NCBI GenBank assembly: GCA_025454835.1
Contig: JALONQ010000004.1
Coordinates: 111,144-175,143 of the forward strand
Reading direction: 5' to 3'
Length of the DNA: 64,000 bases
Source of the DNA: Bacteroidota bacterium
GTDB taxonomy: Bacteria > Bacteroidota > Ignavibacteria > UBA10030
In this document: piece after piece, positions 35,956-45,587 of the stretch
Layout: every line of letters begins with the position of its first letter
How positions within the stretch are numbered: position 1 is the stretch's first letter
Made by a program: the position numbers and the translations under genes
Notes under the pieces: generated by a model
What the model was told of the DNA's origin: nothing
Seen by the model: only the letters and a program-made list of their open reading frames with translations
Database searches by the model: none

Positions 35956-38900
35956 ATGCTCCGCATCGCTTACCTCATCGACCCCGACCGCCCGCTGACG
36001 GACGAAGAAGCCGCCGCTTGGCGGTTCATTGCGCTGGCCAAAGACCTCAGGGCCAAGCGCATCCGCTTCGACCGGTTGCCCGGCGTCGAGGAGTTGCGGC
36101 GGTCGTACGACATCGTGTGGTGGCATTCCGACCACGCGCGTGAGCTTCCCCCGGTCGCGCTGGCGGTACGGACAACTTCAGTCCTGCGCTCCTTCGTCGA
36201 GCGCGGCGGGTCGATGTTGCTGTCGCTTCTTCCGACCTTGTACGCCGTGCAACTCGGGTTCGAATCATCGCCTCCCGACCGACGTTCCGCGGAACCGTGG
36301 TCGGAGGAAAGCTGGGCCGGCGGGTATCCCGACATTCGAGGCTTCGCCCCGTTTCTGCAGCACCCGCTCTTCGATGACATGACCGGCGGTGCATACACGT
36401 GGATGCCGCAGAAGGGGACTCCGGCTTCATTCTCGTACTACCAGGACCGCCTCCCTGCAAAGGCAAAGGTCTTGGCCGTGGAGCGGCTCTACATCAAGGT
36501 CATCCCTGAACGGCGGCTCATCTGGGAGCACACGCCCGGCCGTGGACGGGTCCTCTCGATCGGCGCATATCTCCAGTTCACGGAGCAACAACCCCGCGTT
36601 CGCCGTCCGCTCGAGCTCCTCGTCCGCAACGCGTTCTCGTATTTGACCGCCGCCCGTCGCAGAACGGGACGTGCCGGGGTCTGGCATTTCGACGCGCAGC
36701 CCCCTTCCATCACAGAACGAACGTCCCGGCCGGTCAGCGCGGCGGGTCGCACAACGTGGCCGACGATCGATCCAGGCCCCTCCCAGCGCCGGCAACCCGA
36801 AGAGGTCGGTTCGGGTCATGCCTTCGACCTGGCCGGCGAACGGTGTGTGGCCCTCGGACACGAACGGACCGGGCTTCGGGAGGTCTGGTGCCATCCAGTC
36901 CGCATCTTTCGGGACCTCAAGACCGCGGTGATCGTGAATGGCGGCTCCCCGGTCTCGCTGGCAGACCTGCCGGTCTCCGTCGTGGTCTCAGCATCAGGGG
37001 CTACGCGCACATTCCATGTGGGCGAGGCTGTCATCGAAGAAACGACCTTCGTCCATCCGTACGTGCCCGGCGGGGCGATCAGGTACCGCATCGGGGCTGC
37101 TTCCGAGGTCCGCATCGTTCTCGACGCCGAGATCGACCTCCGTTTGATGTGGCCGTTGAACGAGCAGGCGACGGGATCCATCCAGGCCGCCTGGGACAAA
37201 GGACTTCACGCGGCTGTCGTCTCAACTTTGTCGGGAGAATTCTCGTCCTTCGTTGGCTCCAATGTTCGTCCGGAGTCTACGTTGCTCGCTGCGAGCAGAT
37301 CGCTCGAGTACCGCGACGGACGCTGGATCGCCGGAGAACCGTCGCTGCGCTCCGTGCGAGTTGGCTCGACGTTGCTGTGGAAGCCCGGCGATGCGGACCT
37401 GGTGCTGGCCTTCGCCGGCTCGGGGACGCGGGAGCGTGAGGCGGAGCTGACCTACCGTGAGATTCTGAAGCATCCGGGGGCGGCTTTGAAGCGGCAGCTC
37501 GATCGGACCAGCGCGCTGTTTCAGCGCCACGTCGACATCGAATCGCCCGACCCTCGCTTCAACGAATGGTACCGGTGGGCGGTGCACGGCACCGACCGCT
37601 TCTTCATCGATACGCCGGGGCTCGGCGGCTCGTATGTCGCGGGCTACGGAACGGTCGACAAGGGCTGGGACGGTGGACACTCTGTCAGCGGACGTCCGGG
37701 GTATGCCTGGTACTTCGGGCGCGACGCAGTGTGGACGGCTTTTGCCTCCCTCGCGGGGGGGCTGCACGATCGGGCCAAAGCCGTGTTGGAGTTCCTCGGC
37801 CGGCATCAGGACCTGAGCGGCAAGATCCTGCACGAACTGACGACCAGCGGCTACGCGCACTATGACGCAGCGGACGCGACCCCGCTCTACGTGGTGCTCT
37901 TCGGCCGCTATGTCCGCGCGTCAGGGCACATATCGTTTGCCCGCCGGGAATTCGCACAGCTGGAAAAGGCCATGGCCTTTCTCTTCAGCACGGACACGGA
38001 CGGCGACGGCTTGATCGAGAACACGAACGTCGGTCACGGCTGGGTAGAGGGCGGCGCGCTCTTTCCCGTCCATACGGAACACTACTTGGCGTGCTGTTGG
38101 GCGGAGGCGTTGCGCGAAGCGGCCTTCGTGGCTGAGACCGTCGGACGTCTGTCGCTCGCTCGCACGTGGTCAAAAGCCGCCGCTTCGGTCCGCGCCGTCA
38201 TCGAGAAGGACTTCTGGAACGCCGACGACGGCTCGATCCGATTCGCCAAGTTGGCCGACGGTTCGTGGCGTAACGAGAGGACCGTTCTGCCCGCGGTCGG
38301 CTTGGGATTCGGGATCGGAACAGGCGAACAAGCGTCGGCACATCTCCGGTTGTTGGCAACACCCGAGTTCACGGCCGACTGGGGTGTGCGCATACAGGAG
38401 CGTTCGAGCAGGACATTCAATCCCGTCGGCTATCATACCGGAAGCGTTTGGCCGCTGTTCACCGGATGGTCCGCCCTGGCAGAGTTCCGGCATGACCGGC
38501 CCCAGCAAGGATTTCAGCACACGCTTTCGACGATGCTCACCTCTACGCTGTTTTCCGCCGGCGCGGTTGAAGAGGTCTTTCATGGAGAAGAACTGAAGCC
38601 GTCGGGCGTGTGTCCTCGGCAGGCGTGGTCGGAATCGATGATCTTGCAGCCGTTGCTGGAGGGAATGCTCGGGATCGAAGTCGACGGCGGCCGGCACCGA
38701 TTGTCGCTTCGTCCGTGGTTCCCGGCCGATTGGACGGGCACCACCGTGAGGAACATCCGAGTCGGATCGAGCTCCGTGTCGTTCACCGTGGAGCGATCGG
38801 CGTCGCAAACGGTGCTGGAGTTCTCGCTCGAGGGGCGATCGACGGTCGATGTGCGGCTGGCCTTGCGGTTTCCGCTCGGAACGTACGTCGATCACGTCGT

Positions 38901-39294
38901 GGTCGGACGCAAACGGGTAGCGGTGGAATCGTCGATGCGTTCATATGGCAGCGCACCGACGGTGGGATTTCGGCTTGCGTCGACGATGCGCCTGGTCTAC
39001 CATCATCGCGGCGGCATCGGACTTGTGCCGGACCTGTCGCCGCTGCAGGCCGGCTCGGTCTCCCGTCGGCCTGTGATCGTTGATGAGATGTATGTGGACG
39101 GAGCATACTCGTTAGAACTGGGACTCCCTTCGGGCATCTCATCCGACTCTCCGGCGACGATCACCTGTTGGCATGCAGAACGGCCTCAGTCGTTCGATGG
39201 TGCCGACGTCATCGAGACGGGCACTCATCATACCAAACTGGTCTTGCGCCCGCCTCCCGGCGCGGCGACGATGCGGGTCAGGGCGTCGATTTGA
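35956..39294 (+). CDS. large multidomain glycosidase: N-terminal ~300-aa domain (possibly GATase1/ThuA-like) fused to a GDE_C-type six-hairpin glycosidase and C-terminal beta-sandwich domains
   Basis: The central region matches amylo-alpha-1,6-glucosidase-like cores (GYAWYFGRDAVWTAFA...ILHELTTSGYAHYDAADATPLYV...DGDGLIENTNVGHGW...GYHTGSVWPLFTGW). The N-terminal domain (DIVWWHSDHAREL...SFVERGGSMLLSL) is weakly GATase1-like. There is no signal peptide. Confidence 0.6.
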   Translation: MLRIAYLIDPDRPLTDEEAAAWRFIALAKDLRAKRIRFDRLPGVEELRRSYDIVWWHSDHARELPPVALAVRTTSVLRSFVERGGSMLLSLLPTLYAVQLGFESSPPDRRSAEPWSEESWAGGYPDIRGFAPFLQHPLFDDMTGGAYTWMPQKGTPASFSYYQDRLPAKAKVLAVERLYIKVIPERRLIWEHTPGRGRVLSIGAYLQFTEQQPRVRRPLELLVRNAFSYLTAARRRTGRAGVWHFDAQPPSITERTSRPVSAAGRTTWPTIDPGPSQRRQPEEVGSGHAFDLAGERCVALGHERTGLREVWCHPVRIFRDLKTAVIVNGGSPVSLADLPVSVVVSASGATRTFHVGEAVIEETTFVHPYVPGGAIRYRIGAASEVRIVLDAEIDLRLMWPLNEQATGSIQAAWDKGLHAAVVSTLSGEFSSFVGSNVRPESTLLAASRSLEYRDGRWIAGEPSLRSVRVGSTLLWKPGDADLVLAFAGSGTREREAELTYREILKHPGAALKRQLDRTSALFQRHVDIESPDPRFNEWYRWAVHGTDRFFIDTPGLGGSYVAGYGTVDKGWDGGHSVSGRPGYAWYFGRDAVWTAFASLAGGLHDRAKAVLEFLGRHQDLSGKILHELTTSGYAHYDAADATPLYVVLFGRYVRASGHISFARREFAQLEKAMAFLFSTDTDGDGLIENTNVGHGWVEGGALFPVHTEHYLACCWAEALREAAFVAETVGRLSLARTWSKAAASVRAVIEKDFWNADDGSIRFAKLADGSWRNERTVLPAVGLGFGIGTGEQASAHLRLLATPEFTADWGVRIQERSSRTFNPVGYHTGSVWPLFTGWSALAEFRHDRPQQGFQHTLSTMLTSTLFSAGAVEEVFHGEELKPSGVCPRQAWSESMILQPLLEGMLGIEVDGGRHRLSLRPWFPADWTGTTVRNIRVGSSSVSFTVERSASQTVLEFSLEGRSTVDVRLALRFPLGTYVDHVVVGRKRVAVESSMRSYGSAPTVGFRLASTMRLVYHHRGGIGLVPDLSPLQAGSVSRRPVIVDEMYVDGAYSLELGLPSGISSDSPATITCWHAERPQSFDGADVIETGTHHTKLVLRPPPGAATMRVRASI

Positions 39295-39299
39295 CAGCG

Positions 39300-39335
39300 A
39301 AGCCCCTCGGAGGTGACCGAGGGGCTTCGTGCTTT
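39300..39335. terminator. bidirectional terminator hairpin between convergent genes
   Basis: gaagcccctcgg-aggtga-ccgaggggcttc is a perfect 12-bp GC-rich stem. It lies in the 69-bp gap between the plus-strand glycosidase and the minus-strand metalloprotease. Confidence 0.55.
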
Positions 39336-39363
39336 GCATCTGGACCAGATCGACCGGCAGACG

Positions 39364-41817
39364 CTACGGCTCGGGATCCAGGATCTCCTTGATCTGCAGG
39401 CGGACGTCCTCGAGGTGCGCGCGTGTCTCGCGGTCGGCGGCCTTGGGGATCGCGCGGGCGATGGCGGCGTCGAGGTCCTTCAGTTCGAGCCGCAGGAGCG
39501 CCCGTGCTTCGCCCGGCAGGGGCGTCGGCGGCGGGAACAAGAATCCCGCCGGGAGGTTGGCAGGAGGCGTGAACGGAGGCGGGTTCAGCTTCGCACCGAT
39601 CATGTCGATGTGCATCCGTTGAAGGTTGCGGCGGAAGGCATCGGGCGCGACGCGGGGCGCGCTGAGTTCCGTCCAGACGGCATCGCGCAGGTCGAGCAGC
39701 ATCTCGCTCAGCTGGTACGGCTTCGACTTCGGGGCGACGGCCGAGATGTTCACGAGCCGGGAAAGCCGGTCGTTGTTGAGCAAGATATTCAGCAGACTGC
39801 GATGCGCCGAGGCCACGCGATCCGTCGATCCGTTCGGCTCGATGAGCACCAGGACTTCCGGCGCAAGGAAGTCCGTTGGCGTCGAGAATCCCTCCTTCTT
39901 CAGGAAAGCCATCGCTTCCTTTTGCTTCGCACGAGCGAAGGGCGTGTGAACCTGTCCCGATTGACCCGCCACCTTGGCCGTCCTCACGACGCCGCCGACG
40001 TAGTTGGCAACATGTCCGAGTTCGCGGTTGCGCTGCGCCCACACTTCGCCGTAGATCTCCCGCAGGGTGCTGTAGTCCTCTCCGTCTTCCGTCGTCGCGG
40101 GGATCAGCTTCTTGATGATGGCCCGCAGGTTCTTGAGGCCGTAGGTCGTGGCCTTCACGGCGTCGTCGCCCAGATCCTCGGTCTGCACCGTCGGATCATT
40201 CGGGTCTGACACGCCGAACCGGAGGTACGGTTCGGTCTCCTGCCGCGCGGCGATGCGGTTCAACGCCGGACGTTCTTCGTCGGGCGTCGACGCTTCGAAG
40301 ATGGGACGATAGCCCCACTCGACGGCGAACAGGTCGTACGGCCCGATCTTGGGGATGAGGTGAGCGTTGTCGCCGGGCTGCGCGACGTAGTTGAACCGGC
40401 CGTAATCCATGATCGACGCTTCGTCGCCGTACTGCTCGGTGAACGTCCGACTGCGCAGGCTGTCGACCGGGTAGAACGACGAGGACTTCCAGTTGTGAGG
40501 GAAGCCGAGCGAGTGCCCCACTTCATGGGCGGCGATGTAACGCAGGAGCTCGCCCATCAGCGTGTCGGGGAGCGGAAGCCGCGCAGTTCGCGGGTCCACA
40601 TTGCCCGCTTGGACGAAGTACCAATTGCGGGCAAGGTTCATGACGTTGTGGAAGAACCCAATGTCGGCGTCGAGGATCTCGCCGCTCCGCGGGTCGGGGA
40701 TGTGCGGACCGTAGGCGTTCTCGATCTCGGACGGGAGCCACCGGATCGTGGAATACCGCGCGTCCTCCGACGACCATTCCGGGTCCTGTTCCATCGTGGG
40801 TGCGAGAACGCCGACGATGGCGTTCTTGAACCCGGCCTTCTCGAAGGCCACCTGCCAGTCATCGACGCCTTGCTTGAGATACGGCCGCCATTTCTCGGGC
40901 ACGCCACGGTCGATGTAGAATGTGATCGGCTTCACGGGCTCGCTCAGGCCTCCGCGTTTGATGGCCTCCGGGTCCTTGGGTTCCAGCCGCCAACGGGAAA
41001 TGAAGCGCCGTGCCTCCGCTCGTTGGGCGTCGAACCCGTAGTCGTACTGTTGCACACCGAAGAACCCGATACGCTCATCCGAGAGGCGCGGCATCATCGG
41101 CTTCTCGGGCAACAGAACCATGGAATGGTGGAACGTCATCGTCAGCGTCTGCAATGACGCGTCCTGCGGTACCTGGCCCGCTTCGTAGGTCAGCGTCGCT
41201 TCGGTCTCGATGTTGGTCGGATACGATCGGGAGAACTCGACGAACGAACGCTTGGTGTCAAGACGCCTGATACGAAGATTGTCCCTCTGGAAGCGGCCGA
41301 AGCCGAGTTCCGCGACATCGGTCGTGAACAGGTCCGTCACTTCGATGACGACCGCCGTCGAGTCTTTGTTGTAGGCTTGCGGGTCGAACGCCATCAGGAT
41401 CGGCTGGTTGTTGGCCTTCTCGACGGCGTACGCCACCGGCAGCGAATCGGCCGCCACGGCCACGAACGATTTCGCCCGCAGCATGATGCGCTCGTCGAGG
41501 CGGTCCCAGGTCACGATGCGACGGGCGATCGCATCGCCCCCGTATCCCAGGCCGCCCTGCGTCCGGGCTTGCGTCGAGACAAGGATCATCTGCGCGCCAA
41601 GACGCGTGAAGGGGATCTCGAAGTAGAGCTTGCTCTTGATGCGGTGGACGACGAACAGACCTGAGTCGGACCTGGCCTCTTTCGTGATCACTTCGTCGTA
41701 TTTCTTGGGCCCGGTCTTGGTGGGGGTCGAAGGGGGACTTGCGGACGGCGGGGTCTGCGAGTTGAGGTTCGACGCAACCGTGAGGATCGAGAGCACAACG
41801 GTCAGCAGGCGCGACAT
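39364..41817 (-). CDS. secreted zinc-dependent metalloprotease (zincin HEXXH; Bacteroidota DUF4953/DUF5117-type)
   Basis: It has a signal peptide (MSRLLTVVLSILTVASNLNSQ) and the HEXXH site (IAAHEVGHSLGFPHN) with downstream SIMDY. Confidence 0.7.
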   Translation of the reverse strand: MSRLLTVVLSILTVASNLNSQTPPSASPPSTPTKTGPKKYDEVITKEARSDSGLFVVHRIKSKLYFEIPFTRLGAQMILVSTQARTQGGLGYGGDAIARRIVTWDRLDERIMLRAKSFVAVAADSLPVAYAVEKANNQPILMAFDPQAYNKDSTAVVIEVTDLFTTDVAELGFGRFQRDNLRIRRLDTKRSFVEFSRSYPTNIETEATLTYEAGQVPQDASLQTLTMTFHHSMVLLPEKPMMPRLSDERIGFFGVQQYDYGFDAQRAEARRFISRWRLEPKDPEAIKRGGLSEPVKPITFYIDRGVPEKWRPYLKQGVDDWQVAFEKAGFKNAIVGVLAPTMEQDPEWSSEDARYSTIRWLPSEIENAYGPHIPDPRSGEILDADIGFFHNVMNLARNWYFVQAGNVDPRTARLPLPDTLMGELLRYIAAHEVGHSLGFPHNWKSSSFYPVDSLRSRTFTEQYGDEASIMDYGRFNYVAQPGDNAHLIPKIGPYDLFAVEWGYRPIFEASTPDEERPALNRIAARQETEPYLRFGVSDPNDPTVQTEDLGDDAVKATTYGLKNLRAIIKKLIPATTEDGEDYSTLREIYGEVWAQRNRELGHVANYVGGVVRTAKVAGQSGQVHTPFARAKQKEAMAFLKKEGFSTPTDFLAPEVLVLIEPNGSTDRVASAHRSLLNILLNNDRLSRLVNISAVAPKSKPYQLSEMLLDLRDAVWTELSAPRVAPDAFRRNLQRMHIDMIGAKLNPPPFTPPANLPAGFLFPPPTPLPGEARALLRLELKDLDAAIARAIPKAADRETRAHLEDVRLQIKEILDPEP

Positions 41818-41926
41818 GGATGGCCTCCGAGAGGGTCAAGGGTCAGGCAGGATACTGGAAAAGCGGGGGAAAGGCAACGGACTTGATTTTCGATTGACGA
41901 TTGACGATTTACTCTTGTCGTCTTCC

Positions 41927-43063
41927 ATGGACCTCTCCTCCTACCGCCCCCTCTTCCCGTATCTCGAGAACGGGATGATCTATTTCAACCACGCTGCCAC
42001 GAGCCCGCTGTCGACGCGGGTGGTCGAGGCGATGCAGCGTCACCTCAACGAGCGGAGTTCCGGACCCGTCGACACATATTTCCAGGACCTGAAGGCCGTC
42101 GACGGACTTCGATCATCGGTGGCGCGGCTCATTCACGCGCCGTCCCCCGACCGGATCGCGTTCGTCGTCAACACATCCGACGCGATCAACATGATCGCCG
42201 CCGCCTTTCCTTGGCGTTCAGGGGATCGCATTCTGCTGAACAGTCTGGAGTTCCCCGCCAACGTCTACCCATACATCAACCTGCGCTCGAAAGGGGTGCA
42301 CGTCGACATTCTGTCGTGCCCCGACGGTCGGGTGACCGCCGGATCGGTGGAGCGAGCGCTGACACCGTCGACGCGCCTCGTCGCCGTCAGCGCGGTGCAG
42401 TTTCTCACCGGATATCGAGCGGACCTATCCGCTCTCGGCGCGCTGTGTCGTTCGAGGAACGTTCGGCTGGTGGTTGACGGGATCCAAGCGGTTGGAGCCG
42501 TTCCGATCGACGTACAGGCCGCAGGGATCGACGCACTCGCCTGTGGCGCGCAGAAATGGATGATGTCGCCGCACGGTACGGGGTTCGCGTATCTCTCGGA
42601 AGAGCTGCAGGGAATGTTGCAGCAGCAGTATCTCGGCTGGCTGTCGGTGGCCGATCCGTGGAATTTTCGCGACCATGATCAGCCGCTGGCCGCCAGCGCG
42701 CGCCGATATGAAGGGGGAACGCTGAACTATCCGGGGTTGATGGGGATGCGCGCCGCGGTCGAGATGTTGCTCGAGGTCGGTACCGACGCCATCGAACGGC
42801 AGATCCGCCTCCTCACCGATCGAATCGTCGAACACCTTTCGCGCCTCGACGGCTGGACGATCGTCACCCCTCTTGAACCGAAGGCGCGGTCTGGGATCAT
42901 CACCGCGCGTCGGAATTCCGCCGACGAGGCACGACAGTGGTTCGATCGGCTGCTGAGCCGGCGCGTGACGATCTCACTTCGCGAAGGTCAGCTGAGGTTC
43001 TCTCCCCACTTCTACAACACGACGACAGAAGTGGATGAGCTCTTCCTGCGTCTGCGGTCGTAG
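41927..43063 (+). CDS. class V aminotransferase (cysteine desulfurase/selenocysteine lyase-like)
   Basis: MDLSSYRPLFPYLENGMIYFNHAATSPLS... shows the Aminotran_5 fold, with a probable PLP-Lys in GAQKWMMSPHGTGFAY. The upstream 100 codons of the ORF track are non-coding-like. Confidence 0.75.
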   Translation: MDLSSYRPLFPYLENGMIYFNHAATSPLSTRVVEAMQRHLNERSSGPVDTYFQDLKAVDGLRSSVARLIHAPSPDRIAFVVNTSDAINMIAAAFPWRSGDRILLNSLEFPANVYPYINLRSKGVHVDILSCPDGRVTAGSVERALTPSTRLVAVSAVQFLTGYRADLSALGALCRSRNVRLVVDGIQAVGAVPIDVQAAGIDALACGAQKWMMSPHGTGFAYLSEELQGMLQQQYLGWLSVADPWNFRDHDQPLAASARRYEGGTLNYPGLMGMRAAVEMLLEVGTDAIERQIRLLTDRIVEHLSRLDGWTIVTPLEPKARSGIITARRNSADEARQWFDRLLSRRVTISLREGQLRFSPHFYNTTTEVDELFLRLRS

Positions 43064-43079
43064 AGCAACGCGGACCGGT

Positions 43080-43865
43080 TCATTCCGGTCCCTGTCGTCC
43101 GTCGGCTTCGCGCGTTTTCAGACGTTGTTCATCGAGCTGTCGGACGACGCGGTCGAGTTCAGCCGCGAGGTCGACTGAGCGCTTCTCGACGTCGTGCAGT
43201 TTCGTCACCGTCTGATTCAACTGCACGAGGGCGCCAACCGCCGCTTCCATTGACCTTCCGCTGTATTCGATCTCGTCCAGCAGTTGCTTCAGGTCCGGGT
43301 CCTGTGCCAGCTTTGTGCGTGTTGAGCCCTTCCGGAACATCCCCAACCGCAGAAGAATATGCGCCAGATCGTCGTTGATCCTCTGAACGAACGCCCGCAC
43401 GGTGTCCTGGAAGACCTTGACCGCCAATTCTTCACGATCGCGGGCCAGTTTGTCGCGCTCCATTTCTCCGTTCGCGCGACGCAGGACGAACCGCTCATAT
43501 GCATTGTTGATGACGATGGGAAGATAGTCCAGGTCGACATGGGTCTTGTTGATGTAATCGAAAGCCCCCAGCTTCATGGCCTCGACGGCGACATCCTCCG
43601 TTCCCTTGCCGGACATGACGATGATCGGCGTCTCGAGAGCCCGATCGGCCGCCCATCGCAGGAACTCGATCCCCGAAGAGCCGGGCAGGATATAGTCCAA
43701 AAAGATGATGTCTGCCGGTTCGCGGGCGACCTCGCGTTGTGCCGCCTCCATCGACGGAACGACGCGCGTCGTGTGCTGATATCTTTGGGCCAGGTACGCC
43801 GCCAGGGGCTCGACGAAATCAGGCTCGTCGTCGATGAACAGTAACCGAAGATTACGCAGAAACAT
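43080..43865 (-). CDS. response-regulator receiver protein with C-terminal coiled-coil output
   Basis: LRLLFIDDEPDF...DIIFLDYILPGSSGIEFL...PIIVMSGKG...KLGAFDYINKT is canonical CheY-like. The C-terminal ~120 aa is helical. Confidence 0.7.
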   Translation of the reverse strand: MFLRNLRLLFIDDEPDFVEPLAAYLAQRYQHTTRVVPSMEAAQREVAREPADIIFLDYILPGSSGIEFLRWAADRALETPIIVMSGKGTEDVAVEAMKLGAFDYINKTHVDLDYLPIVINNAYERFVLRRANGEMERDKLARDREELAVKVFQDTVRAFVQRINDDLAHILLRLGMFRKGSTRTKLAQDPDLKQLLDEIEYSGRSMEAAVGALVQLNQTVTKLHDVEKRSVDLAAELDRVVRQLDEQRLKTREADGRQGPE

Positions 43866-43966
43866 GACCGACCTCAGAAATGGGAAGAAGGCGGATCGCC
43901 GCCGGGCGGCACAATTGCAGCAGACGCGAGCATCGGCTAGATTACAGGGACGATAGGAGTTAACAC

Positions 43967-44452
43967 ATGGCGATCATGATCTTTGTGACAGGCGGCACCT
44001 TCGACAAGGAGTACAATGAGCTCAACGGGAAGCTCTTTTTCAAGGATACGCACGTCCATGAGATGCTGACGCTCGGGCGTTGTCATGTGGACACCGAAGT
44101 GCGGACCCTCATGCTTGTCGACAGCCTCGAGATGACCGACGACGACCGCCAGATTGTGCTGGAACACTGCCAAAAGGCGAAAGAAGACCGGATCATCGTC
44201 ACGCACGGGACCGACACCATGGAAGTGACCGCACGTGCGCTGGGGGCGGCGGGGATCCCAAAGACGATCGTGATCACCGGCGCGATGGTCCCGTACAAGT
44301 TCGGCTCGTCGGACGGACTCTTCAACCTCGGTAGTGCGATGGCGTTCGTCCAATCCCTTCCCCACGGCGTCTACGTTGCCATGAACGGTCGATGCTTCCG
44401 ATGGGACCGCTGCACGAAGAATCGGCAGACAGGGGTGTTTGAGGAGGGGTAA
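43967..44452 (+). CDS. asparaginase-like domain protein (161 aa)
   Basis: IFVTGGTFDKEY...RIIVTHGTDTMEVTARAL resembles the asparaginase N-terminal domain (TGGTIAG / HGTDT motifs). Confidence 0.5.
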   Translation: MAIMIFVTGGTFDKEYNELNGKLFFKDTHVHEMLTLGRCHVDTEVRTLMLVDSLEMTDDDRQIVLEHCQKAKEDRIIVTHGTDTMEVTARALGAAGIPKTIVITGAMVPYKFGSSDGLFNLGSAMAFVQSLPHGVYVAMNGRCFRWDRCTKNRQTGVFEEG

Positions 44453-44621
44453 GGAGAAGACAGGACATTGTCGGTTTTCGATCGACGATTGCAGATTGAG
44501 GATCGAGAAGAACGCCCCGGACCGTATCGAAACGGACGGGGCGTCAGCGTGTACCGCCCAACGGATCTTCCAGGCACTCTACCCGGCCTCCGCGACGATC
44601 GCGGCACCGCCAGAACACCAT

Positions 44622-45512
44622 CTACATTCCGCTCCAGATGTCCACAAGCAGGTTGACTCCACCCTCCCGTCGGGGTTCGACGGTGATGGGGGATCCTGCG
44701 GGACCGGACATGCGGACCGAGGTCAGCAAGGCAGCCGTCGATGCGCTGCACATGAAGCTGACGCGCACGGTGATGCCGCCGGGTGCACTGGAGAGAGAGA
44801 GGTTCACAGCACTTCCCGGTTCCGCATGGATGATCGCCGCGCGAAGCACCTGACCCCAAGCGATCGACGCCAGCTCACGATCTCCCCGGATCGGTACGGT
44901 GGGACAGGGCTCAACATGGATGTCGATCCCACGATCCCGGGCCAACCCTGCGACCTGTGCGGTCGCGACCTGGATGATCTGGTCGGCCGTGAAGGAGGAC
45001 ACTCGGTGCCCCGACAGGATGTCTTCGGGGAGCGACAGCCGCCAAGCTGACTCGAGAACGGAGAGCAGTTGCTGGTGCATCGGGGTCACGACGCTGTCCG
45101 TCTTCGTGGTCTCTGCGGGCGCGCCGATGAGCCGCTCGACCGAACGGATCGTCTCTTCAGCGTCGAACGGCTTTCGGATCAAGCCGGCCGATCCCAGGTC
45201 GGTCGCTCGCTGCACATCGACGTCCCGGCTGTGGCTCGTCATGAAGACAATGCGCGTCTCCGCCTTGAGGCCTCGCGAGCGCACCTCTTCGACGAGTGTG
45301 AAGCCGTCCATCCCGGGCATGTTGATATCGACGATCAGGACGTCGGGAGGGCGCAGCAGGACCTCATCGATCGCCTCTTCCGGCGACGTCATCGGAATGA
45401 TCGTATGCCCCCGCGGTTCCAGGATGGCGCGCAGCAGCGCGACATGGATCGCGGTGTCATCAACGATGCAGATCCGTCCAATTTTGTTGGCGCGAGTCGT
45501 CGAGGTCGCCAT
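44622..45512 (-). CDS. response-regulator receiver fused to a histidine-kinase-like ATPase-type C-terminal domain
   Basis: The receiver is IGRICIVDDTAIHVALLRAIL...DVLIVDINMPGMDGFTLV...RIVFMTSH. The start is taken at the Met at 45512 (MATSTTRANK). Confidence 0.55.
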   Translation of the reverse strand: MATSTTRANKIGRICIVDDTAIHVALLRAILEPRGHTIIPMTSPEEAIDEVLLRPPDVLIVDINMPGMDGFTLVEEVRSRGLKAETRIVFMTSHSRDVDVQRATDLGSAGLIRKPFDAEETIRSVERLIGAPAETTKTDSVVTPMHQQLLSVLESAWRLSLPEDILSGHRVSSFTADQIIQVATAQVAGLARDRGIDIHVEPCPTVPIRGDRELASIAWGQVLRAAIIHAEPGSAVNLSLSSAPGGITVRVSFMCSASTAALLTSVRMSGPAGSPITVEPRREGGVNLLVDIWSGM

Positions 45513-45523
45513 GGCTCCAAGTA

Positions 45524-45552
45524 ACAAAAAACCTCCTTCGGATGGAAGGAGG
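45524..45552 (-). terminator. rho-independent terminator downstream of the repeat-protein gene
   Basis: The plus strand reads aaaaaacctccttcggatggaaggaggtt. On the minus strand this is a hairpin (cctccttc/gaaggagg) followed by T6, about 36 nt past the 45588 stop. Confidence 0.5.
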
Positions 45553-45587
45553 TTCTTCGTCATCATGTTCGGAGATGCCAACGATTC

